DNA of 64,000 nucleotides from Thermodesulfobacteriota bacterium. Lineage in GTDB: Bacteria; Desulfobacterota; UBA8473. The stretch lies in the NCBI GenBank assembly GCA_040757775.1, contig JBFLWQ010000001.1, forward strand, positions 58,917 to 122,916, in the 5' to 3' direction. The notes beneath the pieces are model-generated. The model searched no databases, was not told where the DNA came from, and saw only the letters and a list, made by a program, of their open reading frames with translations. Each line of letters starts with the position of its first letter. Position 1 is the stretch's first letter. Shown here one piece after another: positions 29,594 through 39,700 of this stretch. The position numbers were made by a program, and so were the translations under genes.

Positions 29594-30631
29594 ATGCTGA
29601 TGTGGAATTGGACTCCTGTACCTCAAGTCTTCTATGACGAGGTACAGGAGCCGTTCGCCGTGCTGCCCGGATTTTGCATCGACCACCAACTGGTACGAAA
29701 TGCAGAAAGCGAATATCTCCGACCTGCCCCCGTTCTAGCCAAGTTTCTTGCAAGTCGGAAGACTGCCAGTGTGTGTCTTGTAAGAGGGTATGCACTCGGC
29801 GACCTGATAATGCTAACACCCGTCATTGAACAGTTGAAGGAAGACTATCCTGGAGTCAAGATTTCGCTGGTAGTACAGGATAGGTACAAGGAACTGTTTC
29901 GGTATTATCGTAGCGTTGAGGACGTACTGGACTACAAAAGGGTCGGATCAAGGACGTTTGACTATGGGGTAATGCTGGATGGTGTTTTGGAGGTTGACCA
30001 TAGGAAAAGCTGTAAGAATAGGTCTCATAGAAGTGACATGTATGCAAGGTTTCTTGGTATGACGCTCATGAAGCACGTATTTCGACTTCCGATTTCTGAC
30101 CTTGACCGAAAGTGGGCTTTTAGGTTTCTTGCTGAGGCGGGAGTTGGCAAGGATGAACGGATCGTTGCTATACAAATCAAAGGGTCTACACCTGTTAAGA
30201 CGCTGCCGAAAGAAAAGGTAGTAAGGATATGTAAGGCGATTGTCGCTCTTGGTGCAAAGGTACTACTCATCGACCATGATAGAAACACTGGCTGGGAAGG
30301 AACTGGAATAATCAATGCCTGTGGGAAAACGAATGTACATCGGCTAGTAGCATTGCTTGAAAGAAGCAATCTCGCTGTTTGTATGGATAGTGGAGTGCTG
30401 CACCTGACTCACTGTACTGGGACCCCCACCGTAGCTTTGCTCGGAGCGACAAGGCCTCAAGATCGAACGGTATACCATCCTGATTGTGTAGCTGTTGAGC
30501 TAAATAAGGAAATAGGATGCGAGTCATGTTTTGAGGCGATGAGTGCATGTGGAGGTAGGGCAAATTGCATGGTTGCTGCAAATGAGAAAACAATTATACA
30601 GGCAATCGAAAGGAGAATTGCTAATGATTGA
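29594..30631 (+). CDS. glycosyltransferase family 9 (ADP-heptose heptosyltransferase-like)
   Basis: N-terminal GYALGDLIMLTPVIEQLKEDYPGVKISLVV; C-terminal NLAVCMDSGVLHLTHCTGTPTVALLGAT; terminal CxxC...C cluster. Confidence 0.65.
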   Translation: MLMWNWTPVPQVFYDEVQEPFAVLPGFCIDHQLVRNAESEYLRPAPVLAKFLASRKTASVCLVRGYALGDLIMLTPVIEQLKEDYPGVKISLVVQDRYKELFRYYRSVEDVLDYKRVGSRTFDYGVMLDGVLEVDHRKSCKNRSHRSDMYARFLGMTLMKHVFRLPISDLDRKWAFRFLAEAGVGKDERIVAIQIKGSTPVKTLPKEKVVRICKAIVALGAKVLLIDHDRNTGWEGTGIINACGKTNVHRLVALLERSNLAVCMDSGVLHLTHCTGTPTVALLGATRPQDRTVYHPDCVAVELNKEIGCESCFEAMSACGGRANCMVAANEKTIIQAIERRIAND

Positions 30632-31007
30632 AATGATGCAAGCTGTAGCGCCGGTTGTCAATTTTTCGCTCGTTATTGTCCTTGTAGCTTATATATGGAA
30701 GGCCAGGTCTCAAGGAATTGATGCCATGCAGCAAAAGATCGATATGGCAGCGACCCGCACCGAACTTGATAAGGTTGAGACCAGGCTTGGCGATTATGCC
30801 AGAAAGCAGGACTTGGATATGGTAATCAAGACGCTGGAAACGCTGGATGAAAAATGGGAACGAAGAGAGGAACGAATTATGACACGTCTTGATGATGGCA
30901 ACAAGGAGTTCAGGAAGATTGGTGAATGCATTGCTAGTCTTGACACACTGACAGACCTGTTGAAGAGGCAGGTAAACAGTATAACTGGAGCAAGAACTTG
31001 TGGTTAG
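30624..31007 (+). CDS. membrane-anchored coiled-coil protein
   Basis: ATG 30624 with RBS aaggaga (the track's 30543 start is inside the GT gene). One N-terminal TM helix followed by coiled coil. Confidence 0.3.
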   Translation: MIEMMQAVAPVVNFSLVIVLVAYIWKARSQGIDAMQQKIDMAATRTELDKVETRLGDYARKQDLDMVIKTLETLDEKWERREERIMTRLDDGNKEFRKIGECIASLDTLTDLLKRQVNSITGARTCG

Positions 31008-31041
31008 GTGGGTTAAATAACGAAAGAAAAAAGGGGGAAGT

Positions 31042-31239
31042 ATGCAGGTACAGACCGTAAAGATTAAGAACCATAGCAGAATTGACCAGATCGTTTACGA
31101 CAGGGCTTTTGATCCGACCATTGTCAGGCCTGGCGATACCGTTGAAGGAGAGTTTTTTGTCGAGAAGACGAAGGGACTGACCATAACAAAGGTCAAGAGT
31201 TCCGATGTGAAGATGAGGCAGAAAAAAGAAGAGGAATAG
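31042..31239 (+). CDS. hypothetical small protein
   Basis: RBS aaggggga + ATG; 65 aa. Confidence 0.3.
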   Translation: MQVQTVKIKNHSRIDQIVYDRAFDPTIVRPGDTVEGEFFVEKTKGLTITKVKSSDVKMRQKKEEE

Positions 31240-31242
31240 AAT

Positions 31243-31860
31243 ATGGCATACTGTACTGAGGATATTGTGTCTCTATGGGTAAGCCTGACCGGAAAGTCCA
31301 CTACTGTCAAAAACGTCCTGATGGAGGCAGCAACTGAGTATGTTGATAATGCTACAGGAGACAAGTTTGTAAAAGAGGACGGGGCAGCAAAGCTGTTTGA
31401 CGGAATGGGCAGTGAGGTTCTGAAAGTCTGGCCCAAGCTCAGGTCGATTACCAAACTTGAGGTTATGGATGATGCTGGTGATTGGGAAGAGGTGTCAAGT
31501 GATGAGTACAGGATTGCTGACAACTGGATTGAGCGTACTGATGGGACATTCCCGAATGGAATTGACAATGTGAGGGTTACTGGTAATTGGGGCTGGACCT
31601 CTACGCCGAACATAATAAAGCTGGTGACCGGCAGAATTGCTGCGGTAATGCTGGAGCAGAAAGGACAGATAACGAGTGAGACGATTGGAGCGTATTCTGT
31701 GACCACCGGAAAGGATGGAGCGATCACTGTTGAGCAGGTATTGAATATGTACAGACTTCACGCTCCTGTTGATATGGGAACGATACCGTTTAGGAGAGAG
31801 ATTGAACTCGCTGATGAGACTATTGACGATTTTTACAGGGACATATTGAGAGGACTGTGA
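31243..31860 (+). CDS. hypothetical virion protein (possible head–tail connector)
   Basis: 205 aa in the late structural module; no motif recognised. Confidence 0.3.
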   Translation: MAYCTEDIVSLWVSLTGKSTTVKNVLMEAATEYVDNATGDKFVKEDGAAKLFDGMGSEVLKVWPKLRSITKLEVMDDAGDWEEVSSDEYRIADNWIERTDGTFPNGIDNVRVTGNWGWTSTPNIIKLVTGRIAAVMLEQKGQITSETIGAYSVTTGKDGAITVEQVLNMYRLHAPVDMGTIPFRREIELADETIDDFYRDILRGL

Positions 31861-32855
31861 TGATTGGGATTGACCAAATAGACTACGATTTGAGGACAAT
31901 GGAGCCTATCATCAGGCGTGCACAGCCGGTGAAAAAACCGGAGGGGTCTAAAGGAGTTAGTCCTATTGATGATGGACATATGTTCTACCCGCGTGTGGCA
32001 TGGGTTCAGGACTGGTCGACGACAGGTGGTGCTGAGCTAAGTAATCTCGAAGTTATCCGAGTCGGTAGACTGCTTGGGTTTAGTATTCAGCAGATAACAC
32101 CTAAGAATTTTGATCTGAAATGGCTCAGGAGTGCCGACCTGATAGTAATCAATAATTTTTTCCAGTTCAAGGATGACCAGGCGAAGAAAGTACTCGAGCT
32201 GATATTTGAAAAGAATGTCCCGTATGTCAAGTACGAACATGACCACAGGGAGATAGAAAGGCTTGGGCTATCCAGACGACTCTTTGGAAAATCGAGGCTG
32301 AACGTGTTTATTTCCCCACTACAGGAGAAAGGTCATAGGAAAGTTATCGAGGTGGATCCCTGTATCGTGCTGCCTCTCGCATACGATACGCACAGGTTTT
32401 GCAATGGTGGAGAGGACGTAAGGAAAAAGAACACTGTTGTGTCAACGACCGGCAAGCTATGGAATAGTAAAGGACTGATGAATATCTACGCATTTGTAAT
32501 GAATAGGCCTGATTTGATCTTCGATGTGTACTCGATAAAGAACGATATTATTTCCCAGTTGCTTGGGAACAAGAAGAATGTGAGGCTGCATGAGCCAATT
32601 CCGATTGAGCAAATGCCCAATGTTTACAGACAGGCTGAATATGTAATTCACCTACCAACGTATCCAGAAGCATGTGGGAGGAGTGTTGTTGAAGGTGTCC
32701 TATGTGGATGTAAGCCAGTAGTTAATGAGCTATGTGGCGTTGCTTCTTACGATTGGTGGGGAGATAGAAAGAAACTCGTTGATGCTGTCAAAAAGGCTCC
32801 GTATAAGTTTTGGAAAGCTATTGACAGCATAGAAAGGTGGAAGTCATGCACATGA
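31857..32855 (+). CDS. GT-B glycosyltransferase (GT4-like)
   Basis: EACGRSVVEGVLCGCKPVV is an E-x7-E retaining-GT motif; ATGA overlap with the upstream gene. Confidence 0.5.
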   Translation: MMIGIDQIDYDLRTMEPIIRRAQPVKKPEGSKGVSPIDDGHMFYPRVAWVQDWSTTGGAELSNLEVIRVGRLLGFSIQQITPKNFDLKWLRSADLIVINNFFQFKDDQAKKVLELIFEKNVPYVKYEHDHREIERLGLSRRLFGKSRLNVFISPLQEKGHRKVIEVDPCIVLPLAYDTHRFCNGGEDVRKKNTVVSTTGKLWNSKGLMNIYAFVMNRPDLIFDVYSIKNDIISQLLGNKKNVRLHEPIPIEQMPNVYRQAEYVIHLPTYPEACGRSVVEGVLCGCKPVVNELCGVASYDWWGDRKKLVDAVKKAPYKFWKAIDSIERWKSCT

Positions 32856-33460
32856 AAGAGTATTGGATCAGTAGATTCAAGTCACAAGGTCCGACTATGG
32901 TTGAGGGGACTCCAAGCGAGTATGAGACCAGAACGAAACAGAAGGTTGCCCTGCTTAGTGGGCTGATCAAGATGCACTTCACAAAGAAGTCGTTGCTGCT
33001 TGACTATGGATGTTGTAACGGAAGACTTGCGCATCCGTTGTCGGAGCTGGTGCAAAAGGTGTACGGAGTGGATATCGTGCCGGATGCGATAGCGATGGCG
33101 AAAGCTGTGGACAATAAGAAAGCAGATTTTTTTCTACTTGAGGAAGGTCCCCTACCCTTCCGAACAGGGTTCTTCAGTGGTGCGTATGCGATCACTACGC
33201 TTGCACATGTCCCACATGATGAAATAGGACAGGTAGCTCAGGAAATAAAGAGGGTTGTGCGGAAAAACGGGATTATGATTCTCTACGAGAATGTCTCGTA
33301 CTGGATTGAGAAACCAAAGAGCCATATGTTTTTCAGATCTGTTAAAAAGTATGCCGAGCTTTTTGGACCCTGTGAGGTAATCGAAGGGGTTGATAAACCA
33401 CGACCGGATGACCTCATGAAAGAAGAACACGTAGTAATGATATTCAGGAACTTGAAGTGA
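32846..33460 (+). CDS. class I SAM-dependent methyltransferase
   Basis: Motif I LLLDYGCCNGRLA. Start ATG 32846 or 32852, overlapping the upstream stop. Confidence 0.6.
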   Translation: MHMKEYWISRFKSQGPTMVEGTPSEYETRTKQKVALLSGLIKMHFTKKSLLLDYGCCNGRLAHPLSELVQKVYGVDIVPDAIAMAKAVDNKKADFFLLEEGPLPFRTGFFSGAYAITTLAHVPHDEIGQVAQEIKRVVRKNGIMILYENVSYWIEKPKSHMFFRSVKKYAELFGPCEVIEGVDKPRPDDLMKEEHVVMIFRNLK

Positions 33461-34389
33461 GAACAGATCAGGTAAGGAAAATAGCGGTTCACTTCCAGAA
33501 TGGCATAGGGAACTGGATCATGTTCACTCCATCAGTGCAGGCTCTGAAATCACTGTACCCGAATGCTACCATGACAGTGGTCCTTGACTCTGGTTGGCAG
33601 GATAATAGAAAGAATGCTATCAGAGAGCTTGTTGGATCCCTGGATGTCGTTGATAAGGTAATAGAGTACCCGAAACAATCAGTTGACGGATACGATCTGT
33701 ACTTTGCGAATAATTGGGGAGAGCCATGTGATACACACAGGCTTTTTGTGGAGAAAGGATTCAAACAAAGGCAGCCTGAATGGAGAACAAGACTGATTCA
33801 TGAAACTGAGTTTTACATGGAAGATGTGTACGCTCTTGGCTATCGAGGCCCAATGCCGAAACAGCATGTGTCTGTTGCTGCTATGCCTGTAGTGAAAAAG
33901 AATGGGATGAGAATAGGTCTTTGTAATGGTTACTTTAAGGATAGTGGTAGATGGAACTGGAAGAGGAAGGCATGGGACAAATTTCCCGAGCTTGCAAGTG
34001 TACTGAAGTTGTATTTTGATGCCGAAATAGTCCTGTTCGGCAATGCGGATGAGCTTGAAGGAGTGGAAGGAGATATTGATTATAGGGGTAAGCTGAAAAT
34101 AACCGAGACGGCAAAGGCAATATCTCAGTGCGACCTGATGGTAAGTAGTGATAGTGGGCTTATGCACGTAGCTGATGCGTTGGAGGTACCGCTTGTAGCC
34201 ATTTTTGGGGCCACGCTGTGTTCAAAGAATGGGCCGATACAGACCAAGAATGTTGTAGTGAGGTCTCCTGTTGCATGTGCTCCATGTCAGTTTACGTTTG
34301 TATTCAGGGCGTGCAGTGATTTCGTGTGTATGAGAGCTATTCAGGTAGGGGATGTTATGGCTGCTGTCCGCCAGTTGATTAAGGATTAG
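33457..34389 (+). CDS. glycosyltransferase family 9 (heptosyltransferase-like), second copy
   Basis: KIAVHFQNGIGNWIMFTPSVQALKSLYPNATMTVVLD; SSDSGLMHVADALEVPLVAIFGAT; terminal CAPC; GTGA overlap with the upstream gene. Confidence 0.65.
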   Translation: MRTDQVRKIAVHFQNGIGNWIMFTPSVQALKSLYPNATMTVVLDSGWQDNRKNAIRELVGSLDVVDKVIEYPKQSVDGYDLYFANNWGEPCDTHRLFVEKGFKQRQPEWRTRLIHETEFYMEDVYALGYRGPMPKQHVSVAAMPVVKKNGMRIGLCNGYFKDSGRWNWKRKAWDKFPELASVLKLYFDAEIVLFGNADELEGVEGDIDYRGKLKITETAKAISQCDLMVSSDSGLMHVADALEVPLVAIFGATLCSKNGPIQTKNVVVRSPVACAPCQFTFVFRACSDFVCMRAIQVGDVMAAVRQLIKD

Positions 34390-34393
34390 AGCT

Positions 34394-34723
34394 ATGAGTT
34401 TTGGATCTCTGTTGAACATGAAAGGGACAATAACACGGTATACAGTGACGTATCCTGAAGACAAAATGGGAGCTGCAACCAAGACCCCAACCCCAACAGT
34501 AATTGCAACTGATGTTCCATGTACGATACAGCCTAAGAGTGGCAGGCTGAGGGCTATAGAGTATGGTCAGACGCTCCAAGCAATGTATATCGGATTCTTC
34601 CTTATTGGAACAGACCTTCAGGAGGCTGATGAGGTAGAGGTTAATAGTGTAGTGTACAAGGTCAAGTTTGTGAGTGATGCGGCTGGTAGAAGTCACCATA
34701 TTGAAGCAGACCTATCGAGGTAG
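34394..34723 (+). CDS. head–tail adaptor-like small protein
   Basis: 109 aa; RBS aaggatta; position between the glycosyltransferase block and the gp10-like gene. Confidence 0.3.
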   Translation: MSFGSLLNMKGTITRYTVTYPEDKMGAATKTPTPTVIATDVPCTIQPKSGRLRAIEYGQTLQAMYIGFFLIGTDLQEADEVEVNSVVYKVKFVSDAAGRSHHIEADLSR

Positions 34724-34725
34724 AT

Positions 34726-35121
34726 ATGGCATTTGATAAGACGAAGACTATGGTTGACATCGAACGGGAACTTGAGAAGCGGTGCATTCTCGGTGCGAAG
34801 AAACTCTCCGAAATGCTTGAGTACGAACAGAAGGTGCCTGCTAGGGTCAAAACCGGAAGAATGAAACATAGCGTTGCAGGGAATTACACCGGAAGTGGCA
34901 TTACAAGGACGAAGGTATTTCAGGGTGAGGTTGTCACCGTTGTACCTGAACCGAAGGAAGGGAAGTATGTATTTACGGCTATAAGCGATACGCAGGTGTA
35001 CTATGCTAAGTTTGTGGAGTTTGGTACGAGAAGAAGCAGGCCGTACCCGTTTATGAGGCCCGGGTATGAAAAGGTTAGACAACAGGCTAATAGAATTTGG
35101 ACCGAGGCATTACGAGGATGA
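34726..35121 (+). CDS. HK97 gp10-family head–tail joining protein
   Basis: AKFVEFGTRRSRPYPFMRPGYEKV is the characteristic gp10-family C-terminal motif. Confidence 0.55.
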   Translation: MAFDKTKTMVDIERELEKRCILGAKKLSEMLEYEQKVPARVKTGRMKHSVAGNYTGSGITRTKVFQGEVVTVVPEPKEGKYVFTAISDTQVYYAKFVEFGTRRSRPYPFMRPGYEKVRQQANRIWTEALRG

Positions 35122-35552
35122 AGGAGATTAAGGATTTTCTATATAAGTTGATTAGAAATGATGCAACGTTTAAGAGTTTGACCGGCGCGGACAGCAAGGA
35201 TCCACGAATATACTTTTTCTATCCACCTGATGACGTTGTGGTATCGGATGAAAAGCCATGCTATGTGACGTATTACCTCGGAGCAGGAGCCGGGCTGCCG
35301 GATCCACACGTTAACAGTGTTCAAAGGCCGGATGAAGTATACACGTTTGATATATGGGGTAAGGATATTGATGTTATTGAGGATGTTTTTGAGCGGATTG
35401 ATGCGTTGTTCTTTGAAACGAATCGATTCGAAACGAGTGGATACAGGATATTGCGGGCCTCGAGAGAGAGACAAAACGATTTGCCAGATCCTGACGATGA
35501 GTTCCGACGTAAGATAGTGGAATATCGGATCGGGCATATTATGAAAAAGTAA
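35118..35552 (+). CDS. tail completion/terminator-like protein
   Basis: ATGA overlap start; 144 aa; assigned on position only. Confidence 0.3.
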   Translation: MKEIKDFLYKLIRNDATFKSLTGADSKDPRIYFFYPPDDVVVSDEKPCYVTYYLGAGAGLPDPHVNSVQRPDEVYTFDIWGKDIDVIEDVFERIDALFFETNRFETSGYRILRASRERQNDLPDPDDEFRRKIVEYRIGHIMKK

Positions 35553-35579
35553 CGAAGTTAAAAGTAAAGGAGGTTTGAA

Positions 35580-36077
35580 ATGGGAGCTGAGAACATTGAA
35601 TTGGGGTATTGTGAGGCAAAGTATAACAATATAGACCTCGGTCTGACAAAGGGTGGGTGTGTAGTAACCATAACTCCGAATCTGTACGAGATCACCGTAG
35701 ACAAGTATGGGAAGACTCCGATAGATGATAGGGACCTAGGCTATAGTGTTAAAGCTACGGTACCGTTGGTAGAAAAGACGCTATCGAACCTGAAGGTTGC
35801 ATTCCCGTTCGGAGATCTGTCAGGTGGGAAGCTAAAGTTGGGTGGTAAGCTTGGAGGAAGCATAGCAAAGTACGAACTGAATCTCCATCCTGCAGAGATG
35901 GATGCTGGAGATAAGTCTAGGGATGTCACCATCTACAAGGCTGCATCGGTCAATGAAGTTGCTATCGGACATACTAACGAAGGTGAGAGAATAATTCAGG
36001 TCACGTTCAAAGGATACATTGACACGACACGACCGAAGGGTGACCAGCTTGTAAGGTTTGGATTGGATGGCAGTTAG
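35580..36077 (+). CDS. major tail (tube) protein
   Basis: 165 aa immediately before the chaperone G/GT pair and the tape-measure gene; RBS aaggagg. Confidence 0.5.
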   Translation: MGAENIELGYCEAKYNNIDLGLTKGGCVVTITPNLYEITVDKYGKTPIDDRDLGYSVKATVPLVEKTLSNLKVAFPFGDLSGGKLKLGGKLGGSIAKYELNLHPAEMDAGDKSRDVTIYKAASVNEVAIGHTNEGERIIQVTFKGYIDTTRPKGDQLVRFGLDGS

Positions 36078-36112
36078 TGTTAAGCCTTAACAATTAAATA
36101 ATTGGAGGATCT

Positions 36113-36523
36113 ATGCCTGTTAGAGATTACGACCAGTTAGTAGGCAAGAGTACGTACGTCAAACTGTTTGGAAAAGAGTATGAGGTTTCAGTGCCAACGC
36201 TTGATGCAGTGCTGAAGTTTGAGGAACTGTCAAATGAACTCAGGACGCCTGAAGTTATTAAAAGCGTAAAGGCTAGTGTTGAAACCACTATCAGAGCGAT
36301 TAAGACGATCTACAGTGAAATCCCTGACGAAGACTTCAGGCGTCTTACAATAGAACAGTTGGGACAGATGGCTAAAGATGTTGCGACGCTCATATACAGT
36401 TCGCTTTTGCTTAGTGGACCTGGGTCTGAAAAGGAAGGGGATAAGCCAGGAGTGCCGAAAAAAAAAGTGGCGAAGCCGAAGGGAAAAGTAAGCACACCTT
36501 CGGCTGGTACTGCTCACGCCTAG
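36113..36523 (+). CDS. tail assembly chaperone (G product)
   Basis: 136 aa, upstream of the tape-measure gene; RBS ggagga. Contains a slippery A9 run near its 3' end. Confidence 0.55.
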   Translation: MPVRDYDQLVGKSTYVKLFGKEYEVSVPTLDAVLKFEELSNELRTPEVIKSVKASVETTIRAIKTIYSEIPDEDFRRLTIEQLGQMAKDVATLIYSSLLLSGPGSEKEGDKPGVPKKKVAKPKGKVSTPSAGTAHA

Positions 36524-36798
36524 CACGGTTCTATGGATGGACACACTCTCAGATAATGTCATTAACTCCAGGGCAGTATCGGTTTTACCTGTCTGGTATG
36601 GACAGACTTAATGCTAGTGAACGCCTTGAGGAAATTGTTGTTCATTCAATTCCATATCTTAGTTCTGGAAGTAGAGCTGGTATTGTTCAAAGGTATCGAA
36701 ATGAACTTATGAACGATCTATGCGAACCATACGAACCATGTCTCGATGAAACTGCTTTTTTAAATATAAAAAGACGACTGCCTAGAGGACGTGCATAA
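36458..36798 (+). CDS. tail assembly chaperone -1 frameshift extension (GT product, 36113..36466 joined to 36466..36798)
   Basis: Slippery A_AAA_AAA at 36460-36466 (within the A9 run 36458-36466). The -1 frame is open from the slip site through the 36556 ORF to 36798, where ATGA couples to the tape-measure start. Confidence 0.5.
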
Positions 36799-39700
36799 TG
36801 TTTGACGCTGGTAGTTTAGTTTCTAAGCTCACGCTTGATGCGACTGAATATTTCAAAAAGCTTGGTGAAGCCTTGTCCAAGTTTGAAGGACTTGGTACGT
36901 CTATCGGCAAAGAAATGGATAAAATCCAAAAGGATGGACAGATTGCAGCCGATAAGATGGCTAGCTCCTGGAATAAGGCACTGAAGGACATTGAAAAGAA
37001 TTCCGATATGTTCAAGAGCATCGGAATGAAGATAAGTGCTATCGCTGCGGCTGGTACTGCTGGACTAACAGCGACTGTTATGGCGTCGTCGAAATTCGAG
37101 GCGTCCCTTGCTAATGTGTCTACTCTGGTTAATACGAGTGAAGTCAGCATGGCAAAGCTAAAGCAAGGTATCATGGATTTGCCTCCTGAACTTGGGCGGG
37201 CAACCATGTTGAGTGAAGGCTTGTATCAGGCGTTGTCTGCTGGAGTAAAGCCTGCTGAGGCGATAGGTTTTGTCACTGCTGCGGCTAAGGCGGCAAAGGC
37301 AGGTTTGACTGATGCGTTTACCGCTGTCGATGCTGGAACAACGATCCTGAACGCGTTTGGAATGCAGACTTCCGACGCTGGCATAGCTTTTGATCAGATG
37401 TTCAAGACTGTTGAGCTTGGCAAGGTCACATTTGAAGGTTTGGCAGTAACGGTTGGAAATGTAGCACCTACGTTTGCCACTGCAAAGCTGTCCACCGAAG
37501 AGATGTTCGCCGCCATAGCGACCTTGACTGCTGGCGGTATTGACGCTGCACGTGCTACTACGTCATTGAACAGTGTAGTTTTAAATATAATCAGGCCACA
37601 GGAAAATGCTATTGAAGTTGCACGACAGTACGGGATTGATTTGAGCCTGGCTGGACTACAGGCGAAGGGGTTCAGTGGATTTTTGAAAGAGCTTCAGGAT
37701 AAAGTTGGAGGTAATACTGAGGCACTCGTTAAGATTATACCCAACATCGAAGCCTTACGAGCTATCCTGCCGTTGGTTGGAACACAGGCTAATATGTTTG
37801 GAGAAGCCCTGGACGCTATCGGAGCGAAATCAAAAGGTGCTATTGACAAAGCTTTCTTAAAACAGATGGACACAACTAAGGAGTCATTTGCTGCTCTTGG
37901 AGTTAGTGTTGAAAAGTTTGCGATTGCTATTGGAGACAAGCTTGCACCTGTCATAAGGGTTGTAACAGAGCGTGTAACGGATATGGTTAAATGGTTCAAT
38001 GACTTGAACGATGGATGGAAAACTGCCATCGGTCTCTCGGTAGCTCTTGGTACTGGACTGGCTGCTATTACTGGTCCTGCACTTCTGCTGATAGGATACC
38101 TTCCACGAATAGCGGAAGGTATTGCGATGATAGGTACTTTTATTGCTGCGCACCCGATCGGGCTGGCGATCACTGGGATTGCTGCAGCGATAGGTGCGCT
38201 TACTATTGCGTTTTTGTCATATAAAGCAGCCCTAGCCGATGTGACCCCATTTCAGGAATATTCACATAATCTTGCCGTTGTAGATAAAGAGCTAGAAAGA
38301 TTGAGGGGACGAGTTGAGACCCTAGAAAAACAACCATGGATTTTCGGACCAACGAAGGGCATGATTCAGGAGACACTGGATCGGATTAAAGAACTGGAAG
38401 AGAAAAGGCAACAGATCATACGTGACTTTGCCAAGATAGGAGACAAAGAAGAGGAGGATAGGAAGAAGGCAAAAGAGGAAAAAGAGAAGCTGGAAAAGGA
38501 GAAAAAGAGAATAGAGGAGCAAGAGGAAAGGAATAGACGAAAGCAATTAAAGTCGCAAGCAGATGATGAGGCAAGAAAGGAACGAGTGAAGCTCAACCGT
38601 GAACTAGAGTTGTCTCTTATGAACGAGAAGGAAAAAGCCATTGCCATAATGAATGAAAAGGTTGAGGCGTTCAGGAAGGCTGGTCTGGATGAGACTAAGA
38701 TTCAGGGATATATTGATCAGGAAAAGCTTGAAATTGAGCAAAAGTATACAGGGTTGACACAAAAAGAGTACGATAAGCTCGTGGAACACTGGAGGCAGGC
38801 TAATAAGTACAAGGCAGAACTGGCTGGGAAGGCCCTTGAAGAAGAACTCAGAGAGACTGATAATGCTATTAACCAGCAGGAAGCCATGTATCGTGATTTG
38901 TTCTACAAGTCAGGTCAATATGCTAAGGAATATACATACTTTAGAGAGCTTCAAATCGATATTGAAACCGATGACTTGATAGAGTCCCTGACAAAGAATG
39001 TTCGAAGCATAGAAGAAGCTAATGAAATCATCTTGCTTATAGAACAGCAAGCGGTAGAAAAGAAGAGACAACTCCATCTAGAAACCAATAAGGCAATGCT
39101 TCAGTATTCAAATGATTTTGTTATGGGGTGGAGTATAGGACTGGATGAAATGCTAGCAAAGCAATACACCTGGGGACAGGCGGGCTATGATGTGTTCAAA
39201 GCCTTTACGGATGGTGCAAAGACTATGTTCTCCAGTATGTTTATGGACTTTTTCACGAGCGATCTCAAGACGTTTGGGGATTACTGGGAGTCGTTTTGGA
39301 ACTCTATGCAAAGAAAGTTCTCGGAAATTTTGTCACAGATGCTGGTGGAATGGATGATGACGCAAGGAAGGATGCAATATGCCACAGGCGGCGGATATAC
39401 ACAGACTGGAGCAGGAGGACAGGTCGTACAGACCAGCTATGGGATGTTGTCAGGGGCAGCATTGGCTGGGATTCCTGCAGGTTCCGAGGTTGCGTTCGTG
39501 CCTCTATCCGAATTGTCTCAGGCAGAAATCACGGCGGCCGTGCAGCAGGGGGCGAACATTACCACCACATCAGAGGGTGTCCAGGGGCTTGCGGTGACAA
39601 AAGTTGCGGAGGCTGGGTTCTGGCAATACGCCGGGACGGCGGGTATTAGCTATATGGGGTCTAATCTTGTTGCTTCTCTTTTGGGAACGGAAAAGGGAAG

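Noticed and set aside
38322-38789. Leu/Phe-rich minus-strand ORFs in the tape-measure coiled-coil segment
   Set aside because: Artefacts of the AAG/GAA-rich coding sequence on the opposite strand.
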